Both the position numbers and the translations under genes were made by a program. DNA of 64,000 bases, from contig JBBRAE010000009.1 of NCBI GenBank assembly GCA_038207085.1, forward strand, positions 1 to 64,000, in the 5' to 3' direction. Source of the DNA: Armatimonadota bacterium. Lineage in GTDB: Bacteria; Armatimonadota; UBA5829; DTLH01. Positions 28,584 through 36,503 of this stretch are shown here, one piece after another; the stretch's first letter is position 1, and each line of letters begins with the position of its first letter. The notes beneath the pieces were generated by a model. The model saw only the letters and a list, made by a program, of their open reading frames with translations. It ran no database searches and was not told the origin of the DNA.

Positions 28584-29303
28584 TTGGAAATAATAGACGC
28601 GAACACTATGTTTGGCCCGTGGCCGCGGACCAAGGCCGATTTGTCGATAGACAGGCTGGTCGGGGCCATCAAGAGCCACGGGGTTTCAAGGGCGCTGACC
28701 ATATCTACGGTCGGCCTCTTTCACAGTTACAACGACGGCAACGCTGAGACGCTTGCCGCGTGTCAGGGCAAGCCTGAACTGCTTCCGGCGGCGACGATCG
28801 ACCCTCGGGGATATTTTCAGGCGATGAAGATCGTCCCGAACCTGATTACTCAGGGCTTCCGGCTGTTTCGGCTCTTCCCGAGCGAACAGGGCTGGCCGCT
28901 TGATCACTCAGTCTTCGAGGACATCTTAAACGACCTTGAAGAGACCTCCGTGCCGGTAATGATCAAAGCCGCGCAGACCGGGGACGCAAGCGCGTTTGGT
29001 CGAAGCGTCGGAGGCAAGCAGCACCCGCTGATTCTCGAAGGGGTCGCCTTTGAAACGCTTGCCGAGACTGTTTCGGTGATGAAAAAGCACGACAACATCT
29101 ACGTCGAGACCCACAGGTTATACTCACCGGGCGCGATCAAGTTCCTCGCAGATCAAATAGGCGCGGACCGCATAATATTCGGCTCGGATGCGCCGCGAAA
29201 CTCGCTTGCAGGGGCGCTTCGGTGTGTTCGTGAGTCTGGGGTAAACGAAGCCGACCAGGAGAAGATCCTCGGCGGAAACATCAAGCGACTGCTCGGAGGT
29301 TAA
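28584..29303 (+). CDS. Amidohydrolase_2-fold protein (metal ligands degenerate)
   Basis: IIDANTMFG, NIYVET, GADRIIFGSDAP, KILGGNIKRLL. Confidence 0.8.
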   Translation: MEIIDANTMFGPWPRTKADLSIDRLVGAIKSHGVSRALTISTVGLFHSYNDGNAETLAACQGKPELLPAATIDPRGYFQAMKIVPNLITQGFRLFRLFPSEQGWPLDHSVFEDILNDLEETSVPVMIKAAQTGDASAFGRSVGGKQHPLILEGVAFETLAETVSVMKKHDNIYVETHRLYSPGAIKFLADQIGADRIIFGSDAPRNSLAGALRCVRESGVNEADQEKILGGNIKRLLGG

Positions 29304-29306
29304 CAA

Positions 29307-30035
29307 GTGGCAATTATCGATGTCCGAGTTCAAATAGGCACAATGCCGATCTGGGGGACCGCGTTTAGTGAGGGACACCTCGCGCGGATGATGGAGCGCT
29401 ACGGCATCGTCCGGGGCCTCGTCTCGTCCACGATCGGCAATACCTGCGACTTTATCAGGGGCAACCAGCAGATCAATCAGGTCGTCGGCAAAGGGCCGTT
29501 TCACGGATGCCTTGTCGTAAACACCCAGTACCCGGTCCAGGCGATTGAGGAGATGCGCAAGTATCTGCTTTCGCCGAAGTTCCTGGCTCTACTCGTGCGA
29601 AGCGGGGAGACGGGACGGCTCGTTCCGGCGGAGCAGTGCCACGATATCCTGAACGCTCACAGGCGGTTTTTGAAGCCCGTCATGATCCAGGCCTCTGACC
29701 GGGACAGCGTTCTGCAGTTCGCCGAGGTCGCGAAAGCCTTCCCTGGCATCAAGTTTGTGATGCTTTCGATGGGAGGGGCAGCGTGGCGGACGGCTATAGA
29801 CGTCGCTGAACACACGCTAAATATCGTCCTTGAGGTTTCAGGAAGCCTCAGCCCGGATAAGATCAGTATGGCGGCTGAGGTTGTTGGCGCGCACAGGATG
29901 ATGTACGGAAGCAACCTGCCGTTTGCCGACCCGTCGGTCACGATCGGGCTGATCGAAGATGCCGACATTTCAGACGGCGACAAAAAACAGATTTTCGAAG
30001 GCACGGCGAATAAAATCTTCGCCTGGGATAAATAA
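29307..30035 (+). CDS. Amidohydrolase_2-fold protein (metal ligands degenerate)
   Basis: IIDVRVQIG, AFPGIKFVMLSMGG, GAHRMMYGSNLP, IFEGTANKIF. Confidence 0.8.
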   Translation: MAIIDVRVQIGTMPIWGTAFSEGHLARMMERYGIVRGLVSSTIGNTCDFIRGNQQINQVVGKGPFHGCLVVNTQYPVQAIEEMRKYLLSPKFLALLVRSGETGRLVPAEQCHDILNAHRRFLKPVMIQASDRDSVLQFAEVAKAFPGIKFVMLSMGGAAWRTAIDVAEHTLNIVLEVSGSLSPDKISMAAEVVGAHRMMYGSNLPFADPSVTIGLIEDADISDGDKKQIFEGTANKIFAWDK

Positions 30036-30048
30036 AGGGGTTACCACA

Positions 30049-30372
30049 ATGAGTGCAGCAATGGAAGTTACCGATCAGACTTTTGAGGCCGAGGTGCTTA
30101 CTTCGAGCACACCGGTTCTTGTTGATTTTTGGGCCGAGTGGTGTGGGCCATGCAAGGCGCTTGGGCCGACCATCGACGCGATAGCCTCAGAGCTCGCAGG
30201 AAAGCTAAAAGTTTGCAAGCTCGATGTGCAGACAAACTCGGGCGTGGCAAGCAAATACGGCGTCGCGAGCATCCCGACCCTGATACTTTTCAGGGATGGT
30301 GAGCCCGTGGAGCGAATGGTCGGACTGCAGCCAAAGCAGTCGATCGTCTCCAAGATCGAGTCTCATCTCTAG
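30049..30372 (+). CDS. trxA: Thioredoxin
   Basis: VDFWAEWCGPCK motif. Confidence 0.95.
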   Translation: MSAAMEVTDQTFEAEVLTSSTPVLVDFWAEWCGPCKALGPTIDAIASELAGKLKVCKLDVQTNSGVASKYGVASIPTLILFRDGEPVERMVGLQPKQSIVSKIESHL

Positions 30373-30395
30373 CAATTGAGTCTGGAATCTGATAA

Positions 30396-30421
30396 GTAGG
30401 GGCGGGCCAGTGTGTCCGCCC
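30396..30421 (+). repeat. GTAG-type REP element
   Basis: GTAGGGGCGGGCCAGTGTGTCCGCCC; related copies at 47938 and 56843. Confidence 0.8.
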
Positions 30422-30430
30422 AAATGCACC

Positions 30431-30465
30431 GGCGGTTGCCCTGAAAATGGGCAACCGCCATTTTT
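30431..30465 (+). terminator. Intrinsic terminator after trxA
   Basis: GGCGGTTGCCC ... GGGCAACCGCC followed by ATTTTT. Confidence 0.75.
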
Positions 30466-30553
30466 CGTTTCCAACCAGGCAGCTAAGGGTAACTACTATT
30501 TAGCACAGTACCGGAGAGGCTGTTTGTCCCTCCAAAGGTAAGTGTGAGGAGGT

Positions 30554-31351
30554 TTGAAGATGAGAAGAGATTTATTCTTTAAAGGGTTCGGTATATGGGT
30601 TGCCGTCGCCATACTTGTGGGCGTTTTGGCCGCTTCAGCTTTGGCGCAGGAATCTGAGGGGTTCTTGGGTTTCCCGACTCAAACCGGGACTATTACTCTA
30701 ACTGACACAGGTATGCAGATCAGCCCGAGCCAGCTGAACCCTGGACCTGTTGAGTTCACTGTCGTCAACAACTCGAGCATGGCCCGAGGCGTATATGTCA
30801 CCGGTGACGATCGGGTGGGGGATCCCCTCCTTCGCTACTCTATGAGAGTCAGCCCAGGCGCGAGTTCTCCGATGAACTTCTGGCTCTATCAGGGCGAGCA
30901 ATACACGTTCAGAGATTTCACCAGCCGCAGGATTGCGAACGATGAATCGATCTTTACCAGCACCTATTCCATGGCAGCGGCCATCCCCGTAAGATACCCG
31001 ATCGGGGCAGGTCCCAACTACCAGTGGGAGACCGGCCGGATTGAAATCTCCAACAGTGGTATCAGTGTGAGCCCGAGCTCCACCGATCTTGGTCCGATCG
31101 TGTTCACCGTAGTCAACAATTCAAGCACGCCCAGGGGGATTATTCTCCGAGGCAGGGACAGAAGCGGAAGCGATGTGTTCCGCTATTCCAGGGTTATCGC
31201 TCCCGGGGCGAGCACGGGCGTCAACTTCTGGCTGTATGAAGGCCGCACCTACACGGTTCAGGACTACCGCCAAATGGGCGAGATGCGATATTCCAGCAGC
31301 TTCTCGACCACAATCTCGGTCAAGCCAAGTTCTCCGGCGGCCGGAAGCTAA
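30554..31351 (+). CDS. Secreted protein with two tandem cupredoxin/EfeO-N-like repeats
   Basis: Signal peptide; repeated GPV/IxFTVVNNSS..RG....G.DR.G....RYS...PGAS...NFWLY.G..YT. Confidence 0.7.
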   Translation: MKMRRDLFFKGFGIWVAVAILVGVLAASALAQESEGFLGFPTQTGTITLTDTGMQISPSQLNPGPVEFTVVNNSSMARGVYVTGDDRVGDPLLRYSMRVSPGASSPMNFWLYQGEQYTFRDFTSRRIANDESIFTSTYSMAAAIPVRYPIGAGPNYQWETGRIEISNSGISVSPSSTDLGPIVFTVVNNSSTPRGIILRGRDRSGSDVFRYSRVIAPGASTGVNFWLYEGRTYTVQDYRQMGEMRYSSSFSTTISVKPSSPAAGS

Positions 31352-31472
31352 GTCGATATCTTTGCAAGTGATGAAAGGCGGGGCTAAATGGCTCCGCCTT
31401 TCTCTATGTACCCCCGCCAAAGATTAGCCACTTGTGGGTAAGCATAGTACATACTTATGTCAGGATACGCCT

Positions 31473-32426
31473 ATGAAACAAAAGATTCCAGGAATACACC
31501 ACATCACCGCGATTGCCGGGGACCCGCAGGGGAACGTCGATTTCTACAACGGGTTTCTTGGCCTCAGGCTTGTGAAGAAGACTGTCAACTTCGACGACCC
31601 GCAGACCTACCACCTCTACTATGGAGACGAGGAGGGGCATCCGGGGACGATTCTGACGTTTTTCCCGTGGCCGGGTGCGCACCACGGCAGCCGAGGCGCG
31701 GGACAGCTCACCACAGTCTCGTTTTCTGTTCCCGAATGGTCGCTTGGGTGGTGGATCGACCGGTTCGACCGAAACGGGGTGATTCACGAGTCAGCCCGGA
31801 GGCGCTTTGATGAGGAATCGGTCGCATTTCTTGACCCCGACGGGCTGCGCCTAGAGCTTGTCGCGCACGCAAGCGCTGAGAACGTGAAACCCTGGGAAGG
31901 TGGCCCAGTCTCCTCGCGCCACGCCTTGCGAGGTTTCCACGGGGCGACACTTACCGAGACGAACCTTGACCACACCGCGGCGTTTCTTATGAACATACTC
32001 GGCTTTCACAAAGCCGGAGAGGTCGGGGACTGCCATAGGTTCATCGCGGGGGATCACCCCGGGCATGCGGTCGACGTCTTGCATTTGCCCAATGAATCGG
32101 CGGGGCACGTGGCGGTAGGGACGGTCCACCATATCGCCTGGCGCACTCCAACCGGCGATGAACAGCTTGAGTGGCGACGCGAGATCGAAGACGCGGGGAC
32201 GAGCGTGACCCCGGTGATCGACCGGCAGTACTTTCACTCCATCTACTTCAGGGAGCCGGGCGGCGTGCTCTTTGAGATCGCGACCGACCCTCCGGGGTTC
32301 ACCCTCGACGAGCCGCTTGAGGAGCTCGGGAGCGGTCTGATGCTCCCGCCGAGGTTCGAGCACATGAGAGGTGAGCTTGAGCGGGTGCTTCCGCCCGTTC
32401 GTATGCCTGAGGTTAGCTACGCATGA
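31473..32426 (+). CDS. Ring-cleaving dioxygenase (MhqO/MhqA-like glyoxalase family)
   Basis: GIHHITAIAG, LVKKTVNFDDPQTYHLYYGD, VHHIAWR, DRQYFHSIYFREPGGVLFEIATD. Confidence 0.93.
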   Translation: MKQKIPGIHHITAIAGDPQGNVDFYNGFLGLRLVKKTVNFDDPQTYHLYYGDEEGHPGTILTFFPWPGAHHGSRGAGQLTTVSFSVPEWSLGWWIDRFDRNGVIHESARRRFDEESVAFLDPDGLRLELVAHASAENVKPWEGGPVSSRHALRGFHGATLTETNLDHTAAFLMNILGFHKAGEVGDCHRFIAGDHPGHAVDVLHLPNESAGHVAVGTVHHIAWRTPTGDEQLEWRREIEDAGTSVTPVIDRQYFHSIYFREPGGVLFEIATDPPGFTLDEPLEELGSGLMLPPRFEHMRGELERVLPPVRMPEVSYA

Positions 32427-33031
32427 GCGAGTTTGTGCATAAGTTTGTCCCTGGGGAGGAGGGTGACACGCGCACCCTTCTCCTCCTGCACGGCACAGGC
32501 GGAAGCGAGTCGGACCTGCTCGATATGGGGCGGGAGGTCGCGCCCTCGGCGAACCTGCTCTCTCCACGTGGCAAGGTGATGGAAGGGGATATGACGCGCT
32601 TCTTTAGAAGGTTCTCAGAAGGCGTCTATGACATCGAAGACCTGAAGTTTCGGGCGGGGGAGCTCTCGGGGTTCGTTCGGGAGTCGGCGCTCACCTACGG
32701 CTTTGACCCCGCAGATGTCTACGCCTTTGGTTACTCAAACGGCGCGAACATCGCTGCGGCGGTGCTGCTACTTCGTCCCAAGACGCTCGCAGGGGCCGTT
32801 CTCCTTCGTCCTACGGTCCCTCTGACCCCTGACCCGCCTCCAGACCTGTCGGGCGCGAAAGTCTTGATCAGCGCGGGGCGTGGCGACAGGATGGTCTCTG
32901 AAGGCCAGTCGGAGAGTCTCGCGGAGCTACTTCGGGCCTGCCGCGCGGAGGTCGAGCTCATCTGGCAGCCGACGGGGCACTCGCTCACTCGGGGTGATAT
33001 CGAGGTCGCGAGGCAGTGGTTCACACCATAA
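32423..33031 (+). CDS. Alpha/beta hydrolase (MhqD-like carboxylesterase)
   Basis: LLLHGTGG, GYSNGA nucleophile motif, GHSL; ATGA overlap with the dioxygenase. Confidence 0.9.
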   Translation: MSEFVHKFVPGEEGDTRTLLLLHGTGGSESDLLDMGREVAPSANLLSPRGKVMEGDMTRFFRRFSEGVYDIEDLKFRAGELSGFVRESALTYGFDPADVYAFGYSNGANIAAAVLLLRPKTLAGAVLLRPTVPLTPDPPPDLSGAKVLISAGRGDRMVSEGQSESLAELLRACRAEVELIWQPTGHSLTRGDIEVARQWFTP

Positions 33032-33033
33032 AG

Positions 33034-33085
33034 AAAAAGACGAGAACCCCGAAGGTGGCGGACCTTGCAGGTTTCTCGTCTTTTT
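33034..33085. terminator. Bidirectional terminator-like hairpin
   Basis: AAAAAGACGAGAA ... TTCTCGTCTTTTT. Confidence 0.7.
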
Positions 33086-33145
33086 GCTAGCCTGGTTCCC
33101 GGAAAGTGGCGGTTCCCCGGGAGCCACGTCGTGTGGGTTACAGAG

Positions 33146-33718
33146 TTAGATTTTTCTCTTTCGGGCGACGAGCGCGCCGAGCCCTGCGGTGAGCGCGGCG
33201 AGCGTCATCGGCTCGGGGGTCGCGGGTGTCTCAGGCGCTGTGCCCGTGGCAGGCCAGGCATGAGACCAGCTCCAGCCGTCCCACGCACCGTCAGAAAGCA
33301 CCCTCTCGGACGACCCGACCCACGAGGATGTCCAGCTGGAGCCGTCGGTGCTAGTCCAGTACTCCCACCATCTGGTATTAGACCAATTGGAGCTGTCGTA
33401 GGACTCTTTGTAGCCGTGGTAGCTGAACGAGTTGAACAGAGGGCTTCCGTATTGTGTGTCTATGACAACATCGAGATCGGTCACGCCTGCGACTGCGGTC
33501 AGCATGTCGTATCCAGAGGCCTTGCCGTCCCAGCGATAGCCCCAGGCGAACGACTTGGAATCGAAATCGACTACAAGTATTGCCGAGTTGGCGGCGTTCA
33601 CGCTGCCGACCCAGCTCTCAATCACGACGTTGTCGTAGGACAGCGCAAACGCGCTGCTCGATAAAAGAACGGCTGTCAGAGCCACTGCGGTGATGGTCAG
33701 TTTGTTGATCGTCTTCAA
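33146..33718 (-). CDS. PEP-CTERM surface protein with a putative cobalamin-binding (DUF4430/transcobalamin-like) domain
   Basis: Signal peptide; FAWGYRWDG..GYDMLTAV, WWEYW...SWVGSSERVLSDGAWDGW; C-terminal TPEPMTLAALTAGLGALVARKRKI. Confidence 0.8.
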   Translation of the reverse strand: MKTINKLTITAVALTAVLLSSSAFALSYDNVVIESWVGSVNAANSAILVVDFDSKSFAWGYRWDGKASGYDMLTAVAGVTDLDVVIDTQYGSPLFNSFSYHGYKESYDSSNWSNTRWWEYWTSTDGSSWTSSWVGSSERVLSDGAWDGWSWSHAWPATGTAPETPATPEPMTLAALTAGLGALVARKRKI

Positions 33719-33898
33719 TTTGCTCTTTTCTCCTGTAGAGTCATGGATTTTCGGCAGATAGCTTTACGGTCAGCCACAGAGTATTCGAGCCGAAAATCTC
33801 TCTCAACTTTCGGGTTGAAAACTGAGTGGATATACGTTAAGTCGTTGCCCGAAAGTCAACAGATTGTTAGTTTCATGATTTATTAGATTTCGCTCCCG

Positions 33899-35326
33899 TT
33901 AGCCGGCGAGATGCGTCTTCACATCACTTGCGCGCCGGATGCGAATGACTGGGAGCAGGCTTCCGCCTCCATCGGGCACACAGGTGCTTATCCCGGTGAC
34001 CGACACGTAGCTTCCAAGCGCAGGAAGGGCGCTTGCAGGCTGCAGGACGCACTTGACATCACGTCCGGAGCCGTCGCTTATCGTAAACGCAAGCGCTGCG
34101 CTGTCGACGGACTTCACACTGCCCCACGTGTGGACCAGAAGCCCGATGTTGTTTAGCCCGGAGCCGTCCTTTACTCCAAGCTGGCCCGACGAGGACGTCG
34201 ACGGGTCGAGCGAGACCGGCCCTCCGCCGATCGCTCTGTTCGAAAGCCCCAGAGGAAGAACCTCAGCAGGGCTTCCGGTCTCAAGCCAGGTCGCGCGGAT
34301 CGTCCTTTCTCCGCCGACCGTGGTCATGACACCGGACACTGTCGCAAGAACACCCCGTGGGGCGCTCTTGCCGACAACCTTGATGCCGCAGGACCGGTCC
34401 TGCGACTCAATATAGAAACAGTCACCAAGCTCTTCGCGTCCGGCGGTGACTACCTGAGGGCCAAGTGAAACGGGAACGCCGTCGGGCAGAGCCTTCGCCT
34501 GGCCGGACGACACAGGTTTGCTCACCCGAGAGAGGCCGTCCACCTCGCCGCCGTTGCTCCGCATCCTGATATACTTGATCGAGGAGAACCCCGACTCGGC
34601 GAGGTCAAATGCGGTCCCCCCCGCGCTGCCTTGATACATATCGATGGCGGCCACGACCGATTTGCCCGCAAAACTCGTGTAATCGAGCCAGTTTGGGACA
34701 GGTTTGGTCCAGTCCAGTTCGTCGCAGCTCCAAGCATGCGTTGTCTTGTCCCAGGCAAACGTGTTGATCGGCCAGTACATATCGGCTTTTGGCGTGGTGT
34801 AGGTATACCAGTTGATGAGGTCTGGGCTCACGCTTACAGAGACCGCCTCGTTCGACGTGCTGTTGACGGTACCGTTGTTCAGGTAGTAACTCTCCATGTT
34901 GGTCGCCATCTCGACGTAACCGTTGGACTTGAAAAACGAGTTGCCGTAGACGATGAACTCCTTGCCATACCAGTTGGCAGGGTCTTCGACTATGGGCTGG
35001 GCGAACTCCACGACGATCTCTCCCTGGGTGGAGACGTTGCCAAGGGTTGCAATGACTTTTGCGCCGCCTGGGTCGGTCGTGTGCGCTCCGTAGACCATCG
35101 AAATGGTGAATATTCCAGGTTCGCTTCCCATCCCCGCGGTGTCGTCGATCTTGGTCGACGGTTTTCCAAGGACCGCCGCAGCGTCGTTGTAGTAGAGCCC
35201 GGCGAGGTTTGCCGAGCTTATGACATCCGTCGCGAACCTGTTGTCGGTCCAGGCCGATACCGACCCCGCCGCCGCTGCGATGAGCGTTCCTGCTATGATT
35301 GTTTGAAGCGTTTTCACCAGTTTCAC
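33899..35326 (-). CDS. Secreted surface protein: N-terminal cell-surface domain plus C-terminal GLNNIGLLVxTWG domain
   Basis: Signal peptide; GEIVVEF..PI.ED....G.EFIVYGNSF, VSVSPD..NWY, GGTAFDL; GTG directly follows the upstream TAG. Confidence 0.8.
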   Translation of the reverse strand: MKLVKTLQTIIAGTLIAAAAGSVSAWTDNRFATDVISSANLAGLYYNDAAAVLGKPSTKIDDTAGMGSEPGIFTISMVYGAHTTDPGGAKVIATLGNVSTQGEIVVEFAQPIVEDPANWYGKEFIVYGNSFFKSNGYVEMATNMESYYLNNGTVNSTSNEAVSVSVSPDLINWYTYTTPKADMYWPINTFAWDKTTHAWSCDELDWTKPVPNWLDYTSFAGKSVVAAIDMYQGSAGGTAFDLAESGFSSIKYIRMRSNGGEVDGLSRVSKPVSSGQAKALPDGVPVSLGPQVVTAGREELGDCFYIESQDRSCGIKVVGKSAPRGVLATVSGVMTTVGGERTIRATWLETGSPAEVLPLGLSNRAIGGGPVSLDPSTSSSGQLGVKDGSGLNNIGLLVHTWGSVKSVDSAALAFTISDGSGRDVKCVLQPASALPALGSYVSVTGISTCVPDGGGSLLPVIRIRRASDVKTHLAG

Positions 35327-36118
35327 CTACTTGAGATCGTACGCCGAGTCGTCATCCGAGAGCGCCCCGCACTCGGGCTCGGTTGGGTCGTAGAGATGCT
35401 TTGTTTTGGTAGAGCGGACGTGGCCGTCGGCGTATACCACGTCAGCCGCGCCATTATGTCTGAAGTGGACCTTGCCTGATGGGAAAAACTCCACATCGCC
35501 GGGTGCGCGCAGGTAGTTGTGCCCCTGCACAGGGTCGCCCCAGCCGCCTTCCGCGAATAGCACGGTGCGGGTAGGCGAGAGTATCTCCGAAATAAGGCAT
35601 GGGGTGTATCTGTAGATCGGGTCCGGATAGAACGATGGGTCATAGGCCGGGTCGCCGCCGATGTAGTCTATGTTGTACGCGTAGCCTGTAAAAGGCCGGT
35701 CGGAGTTCTTCGGCTTGAAGCTGGGGCAGGCGTTGATCTTGCCACTTCTGGTGTACTTGCCGAGCAGTCCGAGCTTATAGATGGAACCACCGCTTTGACG
35801 TATGGTAATGAAGTCCCAGGAATGCTGGACCTTTGTCCCTTGGGTGTAGTAGTATGCAGGACAGGCGCGGCTGTTGTTGTCGTCGGCGTACATCAGCCAG
35901 GCTTTGGCGATCTGGCTCATGTTGGACAAGCACTGGGACTGCTTGGCCGAGTCGCGCGCCGACGCAAGCACTGGAAAGAGGATAGCCGCAAGTATCGCGA
36001 TAATCGCGATGACGACCAAAAGCTCGATCAGTGTAAACCCATAGCATAAACGGGCTCTCGCCCGCTTCGCTTCAAATTGTGCGGTGAGAACCCGTGACAG
36101 GCAGTCTCGGTCCGCCAT
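35327..36118 (-). CDS. Prepilin-type N-terminal cleavage/methylation protein with DUF1559 and H-X9-DG motif
   Basis: [54 protein letters not shown] before ATG36118. Confidence 0.9.
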   Translation of the reverse strand: MADRDCLSRVLTAQFEAKRARARLCYGFTLIELLVVIAIIAILAAILFPVLASARDSAKQSQCLSNMSQIAKAWLMYADDNNSRACPAYYYTQGTKVQHSWDFITIRQSGGSIYKLGLLGKYTRSGKINACPSFKPKNSDRPFTGYAYNIDYIGGDPAYDPSFYPDPIYRYTPCLISEILSPTRTVLFAEGGWGDPVQGHNYLRAPGDVEFFPSGKVHFRHNGAADVVYADGHVRSTKTKHLYDPTEPECGALSDDDSAYDLK

Positions 36119-36157
36119 CTTTGCCTCCGAAGATGAACATGTGTGACCACAAGACAT

Positions 36158-36340
36158 GAGGCAGGTCTTCTGACTTACGGATCGACCGGATCGCGGCTCC
36201 TTCCCATTCCAATTTGCATTGGAACAGTGGATATATGCCGTGTCCGTCCCCGATTACAGCGGCGGGCCCGTGATGGAATTACACCATCTTCCCTGTTCGG
36301 CTCAGCGTGTCTTTATTGCTGAGCAACCTCGTCTCGCAAT
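36158..36340 (-). ncRNA. Cobalamin (B12) riboswitch
   Basis: Minus strand: GAGGT...AACAGGGAAGATGGTGTAATTCCATCACGGGCCCGCCGCTGTAA...CCACTG...GGGAAGG...AAGTCAGAAGACCTGCCT (B12 box). Confidence 0.93.
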
Positions 36341-36354
36341 ATTCAATTTCCATC

Positions 36355-36383
36355 AGTTTACTCGCTTACAGTCCGCTTGTCAA
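36355..36383 (-). promoter_or_regulatory. Sigma70 promoter TTGACA-17bp-TAAACT for the riboswitch leader
   Basis: Minus-strand TTGACA 36383-36378 and TAAACT 36360-36355. Confidence 0.75.
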
Positions 36384-36418
36384 GGGTCATGCAGTGGGGA
36401 ATTCTCCCCACAAAAAAC

Positions 36419-36498
36419 TGTGGAAACATGTTGTAGATGCAGTTGGGGTCTGTTATAATCTGGAGGTCGCTGGGGGCGTCTTCTGATACTTTTCCACA
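36419..36498 (+). promoter_or_regulatory. dnaA promoter (TTGTAG-17-TATAAT, extended TG) with DnaA boxes
   Basis: TTTTCCACA 36490-36498 (consensus); TGTGGAAAC 36419-36427 (1 mismatch); TGnTATAAT 36451-36459. Confidence 0.75.
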
Positions 36499-36503
36499 GG
36501 GAG

